Assembly: GCA_965218785.1 (NCBI GenBank)
Contig: OZ244650.1
Span: 896,001 to 960,000 of the forward strand
Origin: Nitrosopumilus sp.
GTDB lineage: Archaea > Thermoproteota > Nitrososphaeria > Nitrososphaerales > Nitrosopumilaceae
DNA: 64,000 bases
Reading direction: 5' to 3'
The position numbers and the translations under genes were made by a program. Under the pieces are notes generated by a model. The model did not search any database, had not been told where the DNA came from, and was given only the letters and a program-made list of their open reading frames with translations. Numbering within the stretch: position 1 is the first letter of the stretch; the number at the start of each line of letters is the position of its first letter. Shown in pieces: positions 19,819 to 28,444 of the stretch.

Positions 19819-19954
19819 TTCCATTCTTGCTGATTCTGCCATGATGATTTTGTGGCATCTGCAATAGCAGTTAGCATGGGGCATGTCGTTTTGATTTCTA
19901 TATTTGCACTCTTTTGTGTGCTCTATTGTTGACATTTTTCAGGGGTTTTGATCA

Positions 19955-20347
19955 TTATTCCCTTGTCGGATCCCGGCTTAGTATGTTCAGTACGTGCTCT
20001 ACGATCTGCTTTTGACCTCCGGCATGAAGATCAGTCCGCACCTCGTCTGAACCCAGACTCACAAAAATTAGATTGCTATCCTCCAGCGGGAATGTCATTC
20101 TTGTAATTTTTTCAAACGCCGCTACTGCATACAACCCCCTTCCGATTTTTGGACCAAGCGCCTTTCTTCCCTTCCACGCGCTTGCGGCTCTTTTGAGGGA
20201 TGCTTCTGTTTCTTCCTGGGACAGATAATTTCTGATCCCCTCCCGATGGCTTGTGGCAAGTATGTTTCCTTCGTTATCTGTAACTATGCTGTGTCTGATG
20301 TTGATATCCGACTCCATTATCCTCTTCAATAAATTCTCAAAATCCAT
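19955..20347 (-). CDS. Roadblock/LC7-like (DUF6659-type) protein
   Basis: D.NIR...V.D.EG.I.....REG....L..EE, KIG...Y.VA.FEK..R.TFPL. Confidence 0.65.
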   Translation of the reverse strand: MDFENLLKRIMESDINIRHSIVTDNEGNILATSHREGIRNYLSQEETEASLKRAASAWKGRKALGPKIGRGLYAVAAFEKITRMTFPLEDSNLIFVSLGSDEVRTDLHAGGQKQIVEHVLNILSRDPTRE

Positions 20348-20699
20348 TGATTATACTATCACAGAATATTACTTAAGGGATCCTAAAATCGATTCTATAG
20401 TGTTATCGTGATATTGGGGTCCCTCTAGAATTGTAACGCTGCGATACATACGCTTTTTGAGCAGGTTGGGGTACTGTCGAATCGTTCCACAAGACACTCA
20501 AAAAAAAAATATTTGCAGCCGCGCGAGTTTGCAACTATCGGGAGGCAGAAGTCATTGCAGAGCCGTATCTGGATTACAATCACTTGATCCACTTGGCACC
20601 TGGATATGTGACTCGGGAAATTCTTATCAGACGGGATGTGAGAAATAAATAATGACGATTAAACATGCAAAGGCGTTCTTATTTGGGAATCCGCCCCGG

Positions 20700-20918
20700 T
20701 TATCTCCAAATTTTAACGCAGATAAAAACTAGTATGACACTAATTGCAAAAACAAAAACAGAACTGCCTATCCCAATAAATTGTGCTGTCTGAGGAGGGG
20801 GTTCTACAATAACATAATTTAGTAAAAGATAGCGAAAGGGTTCAACAAGTATTAGGTAAAGAAGAACGGGACTGAATATTATGAAAATTTTCATGATCTT
20901 TTTTTGTGAAAGCAACAT
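20700..20918 (-). CDS. Small two-TM membrane protein
   Basis: 72-aa ORF with two hydrophobic helices. Confidence 0.45.
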   Translation of the reverse strand: MLLSQKKIMKIFIIFSPVLLYLILVEPFRYLLLNYVIVEPPPQTAQFIGIGSSVFVFAISVILVFICVKIWR

Positions 20919-21209
20919 ATTTCACAAACCATATGCTAGTAAAAAAGGGATTCTGTAAAGTTACGGAGATCTTAAATCATGATCTGTTCGTGATTGAAAT
21001 TTTATACCTGTTGAGAACTTTTGTTCAGTGAGACATTTGAATGGTATTCCAAAAGTGGGAAATAATCCTTCAGATGCAGCGTTAACAAGGCTGGCTGAAT
21101 AGACACAGATTAATCCGGAGAAGATCATGATTTCATGTCTCATGTCTGGCATCAGATGACTTTGGTACCTAATCTGATCCATTTTATTAGATAGTACATG
21201 ATCCCAACT

Positions 21210-21824
21210 ATGACAAAATTAACGACGATAAACCCATTGCCTGCAATTGTATTGCTTGTTTCAACTGGCATGAATTATTCATTTACACGGCAAACGCCAT
21301 GAGAAAAAAAACCTTACAGAGATTTGCCCGTAACTAACGTTAATGAACAAACGGATATTCTTGGTAATAGGGGAGCCGAAATATTTGGGTTATTGGAAAA
21401 CACGACAGATAAACAAACAACCAATGAACTAGAAACAGAACTTGAAAACATCAAAGCTACTTTGATAACACATGGTATACCGACAGTTGAGGAATATGAC
21501 TCAGATAAAGCATATTGGAGACAAATAACTGCACAGCATCATTTATCTAAAGAAAAAGATCAATGATTTATTTCCAATGTACGTTATGCATTTCATGGAG
21601 TGATGTGTGTAATTTCACTCCAAAAGTTGTTTCCAATCAGACTAGATTGCTATGGATTTGGTGGAATGTCATGTATCTCCTCTGGTTGGAAAAATCTTCA
21701 AGATGTAGAAAACGGTGATCAAACATTAATTGCTGGTAATCTACTACCCAATCAGCGCTTTTTAATCTTACACCAGCAATTGGGGCTGCATTCGGGGTTG
21801 GAATCGGACATTTTACTCATCTGA
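21210..21824 (+). pseudogene. Fragmented gene, probably a secreted protein
   Basis: A signal-peptide-like start near 21210 is followed by short ORFs in different frames (21324-21566, 21600-21824). Confidence 0.35.
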
Positions 21825-22071
21825 AACAAGCCATGATAATCCGATGACATCCTCCCACACCGGCTTATAATCGTCATCTTGCATATTTTGTTGTGGCAAA
21901 ATTCCTATTTAACACTGATGAATGATTCATCAGTGTATGTGTGTACCACCGGATATGACCTGATTTTTAATTATCTGCCAAGCAAAAGTACGGCAGCGGC
22001 AGTAATTACAACAACAACAACCGACACGATTCAAAATTCATTAGACTAAACTCGTCGCTTTGATTTGGCTG

Positions 22072-22533
22072 TTAGGAGCTTGCTGCTTTTTCATAAAAAA
22101 ATTCCTGCTTTTTCAAATCTTTTTCAGAAATAATCCTGCACTTTCTCATGGGAACCAGTCTGGAAATCTGCTCGTACGTGCTCATGTCCCTGACATCTGC
22201 GGCATACGCGATTTGTAAAAGCGGTGATTTTTCCTCAATCATGGGCTTTGCCTGCTCATATCCGCTGCTCTGTCTCATACCCGTCCTGAATAATCCTATA
22301 CGCCTGTCACTTTTTGATATTTGTGGATCCTGATAGCAGCAAATTGCAAACTCATCATCGTCTTTTTCAATAATTGTCAATCTGGTGAATTTATCACTCC
22401 AATCTTCTATCTCTTCTGCAATGGATGCTGCCACTTTCTTGTCCTCAAAAACCATGGATACGACCAGTCGGTCCTTCTCATATGCCCATGAAATTCCAAA
22501 AAAATCCCGGTGCCAGTCAATCTCAAATGACAT
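22072..22533 (-). CDS. Hypothetical protein
   Basis: 153-aa ORF with TTTAAA upstream. Confidence 0.75.
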   Translation of the reverse strand: MSFEIDWHRDFFGISWAYEKDRLVVSMVFEDKKVAASIAEEIEDWSDKFTRLTIIEKDDDEFAICCYQDPQISKSDRRIGLFRTGMRQSSGYEQAKPMIEEKSPLLQIAYAADVRDMSTYEQISRLVPMRKCRIISEKDLKKQEFFYEKAASS

Positions 22534-22795
22534 GTATCATGTAAAAAAATTCTCAAATTAATGCCTTTAAATCCCGTTGATCGTATCAATATCTTGATTC
22601 ATTTTCAAGGAAACGGTGACTGGAGGCAGTCTGTCCAATTACACGGGGGTTAATCCTGTCTTTTCAACAGCGCCTCTTCTGGGGTCTTTTCCTTATTTGA
22701 CTCCATATGCCAGTTATGATGTTTTTTCCAGTGCGTTTCTAATTCTGCCGTAGTCGGCTCCTTTCCAAGCGGAGTACCGCATAATTTACACTGTT

Positions 22796-23233
22796 TCATT
22801 TTCTCTCTCTGCTGATTTTTTCTTTTTTGGTTTTATTGCCCTGCGATCCTGGGGGAAAACTCCTGCCACCTTCCGTTATCTTTGTCCTTTTATTATTATT
22901 ATTATTCCTCCTAAACGAACCTGGCTTCTCCCTTTTTCTTTTTCTTTCCAAATCCATGATTGCATATGTCTGCCCTGTTGCACACAGTTTCATCTCCCCC
23001 GTGGCTACATTGTGACTTGATTCTAGCACTCCGTCTACTAGCAACTCCCCTACGACATCCCACGCCCTGCTTTCTGAAATTTCAAACTTGTATGGTATTG
23101 TAGATACCTTGGTGAAAAAACCGTTATTTGAATTTCTAAGAATAAACTCTTGTATCTTTTGCTCTATTGTCAGTACGGGTTCTCTTTTCTTAAACTTTCT
23201 AAACGGTCTTCTTTCTGACATTATTCTTTTCAA
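22796..23233 (-). CDS. Basic hypothetical protein, possible winged helix
   Basis: Open frame with a globular core and Lys/Arg-rich termini. The start may be the ATG at 23221. Confidence 0.7.
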   Translation of the reverse strand: MKRIMSERRPFRKFKKREPVLTIEQKIQEFILRNSNNGFFTKVSTIPYKFEISESRAWDVVGELLVDGVLESSHNVATGEMKLCATGQTYAIMDLERKRKREKPGSFRRNNNNNKRTKITEGGRSFPPGSQGNKTKKEKISRERK

Positions 23234-23250
23234 TCCTTTCGGTATTTTAT

Positions 23251-23387
23251 CTGTTATTTTGCCTGTTATTTTGCCTGTTATTTTGCCTGTTATTTTGCCT
23301 GTTATTTTGCCTGTTATTTTGCCTGTTATTTTGCCTGTTATTTTGCCTGTTATTTTGCCTGTTATTTTGCCTGTTATTTTGCCTGTA
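23251..23387. repeat. 12-bp tandem repeat (CTGTTATTTTGC), ~11 copies
   Basis: Seen directly; overlaps the stop codon of 23374-23967. Confidence 0.95.
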
Positions 23388-23967
23388 ACGTATCTGGATC
23401 ATTGTTTCCAGGCAGATATCTGTCTCCGAGCTTGAGTTTCATTTTTTGATCAAACTCTTCTTGGAGTCTTGTAAGATAGATCTCCGCCTCTGTCTCATCT
23501 TCTGGAACGCCCGTATCTGCATCATAGTTAAAACCCGTAGCCAGATGATAAAATTCCTCAAAAAATTCCTTACAGTCAATGACGTCTGCCCTGAGATCCA
23601 CTGACATTACCAGACAGTCATCCTCCATTCTAAAATTGAGGCCCGTTTCATCCTCAATCATAACGTCTGCTGTGACTGCCATAAGATATGGCACGTGTCT
23701 TTGTTCCAGACCGTCCTGCCCCCTGCCTGTAATACGCAGCTCATATCCGTCTGTAAGATGATCAAAGGTCTTTTTTATCACGTCTCGAATCTCCGAGTCC
23801 CGGTAAACTGATTTTGCATTCCATGATGATTCTGCCTGATAGTCTTTTGGCTCAACGCACAAAATGTCAAATGTCAAGCCTTTATTTTTTTGTTCAAATT
23901 CCCAGATCTGTTTGTTGGTCCACATCGGTGAAAGACTGTCGATTAATTTTTTTGTTTCCTGCTCCAT
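23374..23967 (-). CDS. Acidic hypothetical protein
   Basis: 197-aa ORF. Confidence 0.75.
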   Translation of the reverse strand: MEQETKKLIDSLSPMWTNKQIWEFEQKNKGLTFDILCVEPKDYQAESSWNAKSVYRDSEIRDVIKKTFDHLTDGYELRITGRGQDGLEQRHVPYLMAVTADVMIEDETGLNFRMEDDCLVMSVDLRADVIDCKEFFEEFYHLATGFNYDADTGVPEDETEAEIYLTRLQEEFDQKMKLKLGDRYLPGNNDPDTLQAK

Positions 23968-24006
23968 TCAAATCCTTTGTATCCCTTCTGTTTAATCTAT
24001 TCTGAT

Positions 24007-24213
24007 TCAGTTGTTGACCCCTGATTTGAGAAATTCCAGCGTGCATTCTGCAAGCTGCTTGTTGCTGTGTTCTTTGATTTTATGTCTGCAATTAGGACAG
24101 ATTCCTGCATCTTCTTCTGTAAATTCCCCGCCCACCTGTTTGATGCAGCATTCCATCAATTCTGATGTTGAATGCGATTCCATCGAAAGCTTGCATGTGG
24201 GGCACTCTGTCAT
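24007..24213 (-). CDS. Small protein with duplicated CPxC....H......C motif (Zn-binding)
   Basis: CPTC...ESHSTSELMEC and CPNC...KEHSNKQLAEC. Confidence 0.7.
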   Translation of the reverse strand: MTECPTCKLSMESHSTSELMECCIKQVGGEFTEEDAGICPNCRHKIKEHSNKQLAECTLEFLKSGVNN

Positions 24214-24434
24214 TTGTCTCTGTTTTATAGAAAATTAACAGCTAATAAAATATGATGATCGATGATTTGCCAGTCATACTCCTAAAACAGATCTGAATTG
24301 AATTTCATCCACAACCAGTACACGATGTTAAATGAAAAGCCCGGCACCGCCAAATCTGCCTGCCTGTCTGGCAGTTCACGTATTTGCAAGCTTTCAAACC
24401 CGAATAAAACAATATTTTTGGCAGGGGAGAAAAA

Positions 24435-25307
24435 TCATAGATATTTTTTATTTTCCCTCAAGTATTTTGTCACAAACCATTTTACAAATATAAAATCGTT
24501 ATTTTTTAGGCAGGACGACTCTAGTTTTTTGATGTATGTTTGTTTTTCTTTTGGCAGAATATTCATCATGGGATATCTGTTCCTGTGCAATACCCGCAGC
24601 ATCAACATCCTTCCGATCCTCCCATTTCCATCAATAAACGGATGTATCAACTCGAATCTTTTGTGAAATATTGCAGATAACTGTACTGGATTAACATCCG
24701 TCTTGACTTTGTCGTACCATTTTAGCAATTCCCCCACGTCTGAAATGACATCTGCCCATGGAGCATACTCTGTCTTCCCCGGATAGGGTGCCACATCTTC
24801 TCTTCTAAAACTTCCTGCGTTGTTGGTGTCTGTCCTTTCAAATAATTTTCCGTGCCAGTCAAGAATCAATTTTTTAGAAATATCCTTGCTGGGATTTAGC
24901 ATGTCATCGAAAATTACTGCCATTTGTTCTGCCTCTATAATATCCTCGGTGGATGTATCTTTGGGTGACAGATGATCCTCCAATAACTTTTTTGTCTGCC
25001 CTAACGTCATGGTACTTCCCTCAATTCTTTGCGTGCTGTAGATGTGGATAACTTTGAATCCATGATGTTCTGATTTGAGGATTTTCGGATCAGTTTTTTT
25101 AGAAAATCCAGAATATTTTTTTTTAATTTTTTCTAACAGTGGGTTTTTTTCATCTTGAAAAATCCCCCCTTCAAATTCTTTTTCCAGTCGTTCTAGATTG
25201 TCAGGTATTTTTCTGCCCAGATATCTTTCATATTGTTTTATGCCTGTCTTGTGAATTAGATAATAATATTTACCATTACCTTTAGTTCGTTTAATTGTTG
25301 ATACCAT
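24435..25307 (-). CDS. Fic-domain protein
   Basis: Canonical HPFIDGNGRIGR motif plus the inhibitory-helix motif STQRIEG. Confidence 0.93.
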   Translation of the reverse strand: MVSTIKRTKGNGKYYYLIHKTGIKQYERYLGRKIPDNLERLEKEFEGGIFQDEKNPLLEKIKKKYSGFSKKTDPKILKSEHHGFKVIHIYSTQRIEGSTMTLGQTKKLLEDHLSPKDTSTEDIIEAEQMAVIFDDMLNPSKDISKKLILDWHGKLFERTDTNNAGSFRREDVAPYPGKTEYAPWADVISDVGELLKWYDKVKTDVNPVQLSAIFHKRFELIHPFIDGNGRIGRMLMLRVLHRNRYPMMNILPKEKQTYIKKLESSCLKNNDFIFVKWFVTKYLRENKKYL

Positions 25308-26184
25308 GATTTACTTGCCCAGAATATATTAATATATTTTGTAAAATTGCAATAAAACGCTGGGTAATAATTTGATATGCTGTTTTATAAAAAATAAAAA
25401 ACCAGGTTTTACGCTCAATGACACCCTCATCAATGACATGCCCTGCGTAATCTGATGAATACCCCTTTTGAAAGCAGACATCAAATGCTCTGTGACGTAA
25501 ATTACCTGCTGAAAATTAATGCAACGGCATCAACTGAGACCCTCAGTTGCATGCACGCCAGATTCAAGTAATTACCATCCAAACAGTATGATGAATCCTG
25601 CCGCTGATGCCATTATTGAAATTCCCATCCAGACATAGAACTTCCCCATCATACTACGTGGTGGAATTCACTAAAATTAATAGTTTGGAATTTGGAAAGC
25701 AAGCAGTATGATATCTTTTTTTGTATCGACTCTTTGGGAGTCACGACCAGATATCAAACCGGCAATCATCTCGCTTCCAATGTTTGTAATACCCTGTATC
25801 CTGAAAAACTCTTAAAATAAAACATGTCTTCAAATTTGATCAAAATGGGTGGAAAAAATGATCCTTTTTTCAAGGAATCAAGCCTCGACTTGGTGTCTGC
25901 ATTGTTGTACCTATCTGTTGATTCCCCGTTACGGCGTTTTATGCTTGCTTTGAAGAAACGCCTCCGAATCCGGGTCTTGCTGCTGGAAAATTTTTTTCAA
26001 TTAAGGATCATTGGGCATTCTTGATAGTGTGCAGGGATTCAAAATAACCAGACATGAGCATCCCAAATACCTGAATCTGATCCACTCTTGGCTGACCTCA
26101 TGCCCAATCACCCCGTAAATTTGACAGAATGACAAAAACGGACCTGATCTTAATAATTTTATTCCACTAACTGACAAGACAGAC

Positions 26185-26721
26185 ATGGGCGAGAATAACG
26201 TCGTAACCTGGTCAGAGAACACATTTCTCAAACAGTCTGATTTTCAAGCAGAATCCAACCCCGCGGCATTTGAGGACTCGCACAGTATAATCAAATACCG
26301 ATACACCTGGACTGTCAATTCTGACGAGATAAAAGACCGGATTTTGTTTTTTATTGAAAACATCCTGATCTCAGTCGAATTCCATCCGCTCCTGTCATGG
26401 GTTCGGTCTTCCCAGTACGATGATGCGTTGTTAAAGCATGAGCAGGGGCATTTTGATCTAGCTGAATTAGTAAAGCGGGAAAGCTTGGAACGGATTCAAA
26501 ACGAATTTACTGACAAACAATTTCCAACCAGAGGTAAAAACGAGGAACAAAGAAAGCAGTTTGCAAGGGAGGATTCCGGTAGGATGATTGCCAACGAAGT
26601 TGAGAAATTAAGCGTGCTTTTTCTGCAAAAAAAACAAAAATATGATCAGGAAACAAACTTTGGCAAAGACCCGACCAGACAGTCGGAGTATGATTCAATC
26701 TTTGAGCGGCTACGGCTCTGA
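26185..26721 (+). CDS. DUF922-like putative Zn-metalloprotease
   Basis: L..SDF, SWV, LLKHEQGHFDLAE, Q..YD.ET..G....Q. Confidence 0.7.
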   Translation: MGENNVVTWSENTFLKQSDFQAESNPAAFEDSHSIIKYRYTWTVNSDEIKDRILFFIENILISVEFHPLLSWVRSSQYDDALLKHEQGHFDLAELVKRESLERIQNEFTDKQFPTRGKNEEQRKQFAREDSGRMIANEVEKLSVLFLQKKQKYDQETNFGKDPTRQSEYDSIFERLRL

Positions 26722-26982
26722 TCATTTCCCGATGATCTTGTTTTCTGGAACCGAACTGATATAATTTACCAGACTTCTATAATATTTCAAATGAAAGTCA
26801 AGATCCCTTATCTCAGTCTGTTTCAACTCTTCGAGTTCTGGTCCAAAATCCCTCTTGTCTGTTTGAATCTGGTTTAACGTATTTTCATTTATCTCTATCA
26901 TGTGAAACAGGCTGTGAAGCACGTCCCCCTTTGTGAGGGTGTTTTGGCACGATTTTTCCAGTAACGCTTCAACCCAGCTCAT
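26722..26982 (-). CDS. Hypothetical protein
   Basis: 86-aa ORF. Confidence 0.65.
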   Translation of the reverse strand: MSWVEALLEKSCQNTLTKGDVLHSLFHMIEINENTLNQIQTDKRDFGPELEELKQTEIRDLDFHLKYYRSLVNYISSVPENKIIGK

Positions 26983-27068
26983 ACCTTTGAACCCTGAATT
27001 ATTATATCTGGATCTGAATTTGATTAATTCCTGTCTTTACTCTATTTTTTTTAGTTGGACCAAAATGA

Positions 27069-27200
27069 TCATTGTTTTTTGGCACGTTTTTTCCGGTTCA
27101 TAATCTCCCTGTTTCTTTCCACGTCTGAATGAACCTCGAGATGCTCGTATAGCTGCTCTTTTGAATCAAATATCTGCTCACAGTAATAACATTGGTGCAT
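27069..27200 (-). CDS. Small C2H2 zinc-finger protein (43 aa; below the ORF-track cutoff)
   Basis: MHQCYYCEQIFDSKEQLYEHLEVHSD... fits C-x2-C-x3-F-x5-L-x2-H-x3-H. Confidence 0.8.
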   Translation of the reverse strand: MHQCYYCEQIFDSKEQLYEHLEVHSDVERNREIMNRKKRAKKQ

Positions 27201-27262
27201 TATATAATCACGTCAGTCTCGAATTAATCACTTTCTATTTTTAACCGTCTTTCCAAATTATA

Positions 27263-27580
27263 CTAGGGGGCTTTCAGCTCTATTTCAGAATTACATGTGG
27301 GCAGATTGCCTGACTCGTCCCTGAATTGCTGGATTAACCGAATCTGGCGTTCTTTTGGATTGTCTGTAAACTCCCTTTGATATGACTGGGTTTTTTGCAT
27401 GCATTCGTTTCCCTCAAAATCCGTATCCACGTATTTTGTGAATCTCTCTTGCAGGTTTTCTGACTGGCCAATGTATATCACCTCTTTTTTCCTGTCATAC
27501 AATACGTATACGCCGGGAATTGATTTTACAAATTTGGCACTCTCCAGCCAAATCCTCATTTTATCCTCAAGTAACTGCAT
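27263..27580 (-). CDS. GIY-YIG nuclease-family protein
   Basis: PGVY.L.......IYIG.S.NL..R...Y, ending P.CN. Confidence 0.85.
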   Translation of the reverse strand: MQLLEDKMRIWLESAKFVKSIPGVYVLYDRKKEVIYIGQSENLQERFTKYVDTDFEGNECMQKTQSYQREFTDNPKERQIRLIQQFRDESGNLPTCNSEIELKAP

Positions 27581-27851
27581 ACTATGCGATACTTCTACTA
27601 GATATTAAACTAAGGTACAATATACCTGATATCTGACTTTTTTAGCACCGAAGATCTGTATCTTTTGCTTTTTTGATTTTGTAATGTCAAATAATGATTG
27701 GTAATCTTGATCTAAAACAAACCTTGCAACAAAACATGCCTGATCTGAAATAACGTTTTGGAGCACCTGCGACGTAGTTTTGCCCCGTCGATCCCTTGAC
27801 CATCAGAACCGATTTGTACCATTCAACCATTCTGATCTTTGGGCTGCCACA

Positions 27852-27897
27852 GGTTCTGTGGATTCTAGTGATCTGATCCCCAAAATGCACCAGAACT
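27852..27897. repeat. ~46-bp palindromic repeat, left copy
   Basis: 27850-27894 is identical to 28255-28299 (45 bp). Confidence 0.95.
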
Positions 27898-27960
27898 CTC
27901 CATTACGACAAATACAGGTTTTAGAGGCGTAATAGAGAGAGAAAGTCAGTTGGAAATAGT

Positions 27961-28030
27961 GTGGACTGGGAATCGAACCCACGCCTAAGAGGTTTTAACT
28001 CATGATGCTACCATTACACCAAGAGCCCAC
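27961..28030 (-). tRNA. tRNA-like gene (pseudo/atypical; anticodon loop TTAAAAC)
   Basis: Reverse complement: GTGGGCTCTT GGTGTAATGGTAGCATC ATGAG-TTAAAAC-CTCTT AGGC GTGGG-TTCGATT-CCCAG TCCAC. D- and T-loops are clear; the acceptor/T-stem junction is aberrant. Confidence 0.6.
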
Positions 28031-28256
28031 CAGGTTTATTAAAAAATACAAAGTAATAATGTTGAGGTTTCAACTCTAAAACGCGCTAATTACATTGGCC
28101 TGGTTTTCCTTTCTGCCATCAGCCCACAGCTTTTGAAGAGAAAGGAAAACAAATTTTTGTTATATCTGAGGATTTGATGCAGGGTAGGTTGTTTCAACTA
28201 GTAAAAGATTGTCACAAACCGGCCCTGCAATTTTTCTCTATCTGGTTTTATTCCCA

Positions 28257-28302
28257 GGTTCTGTGGATTCTAGTGATCTGATCCCCAAAATGCACCAGAT
28301 CC
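28257..28302. repeat. ~46-bp palindromic repeat, right copy
   Basis: Direct repeat of 27852-27897, 405 bp downstream. Confidence 0.95.
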
Positions 28303-28444
28303 TGTCACATTCTTTTCTAAAGAAGATCGGCCATGTTTTAAATCCTGCCGCATATGCTGATCCGGATTGAAGCCAAACCCTGCAAAATCCCTGATATCAC
28401 AAGAACCTTCATACTTTTAATATTGTGAAAAAACATGATTAATA

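Noticed and set aside
23088-23435. ORF with (PVIL)n; likewise the (LWMM)n/(IIHN)n ORFs at 52969-53256
   Set aside because: These frames are open only because they cross stop-free 12-bp tandem repeats.
28061-28082. Cas9 repeat/sgRNA-like GTTTTAGAGTTGAAAC on the minus strand
   Set aside because: A single short match, with no array, anti-repeat or cas gene; likely coincidence.
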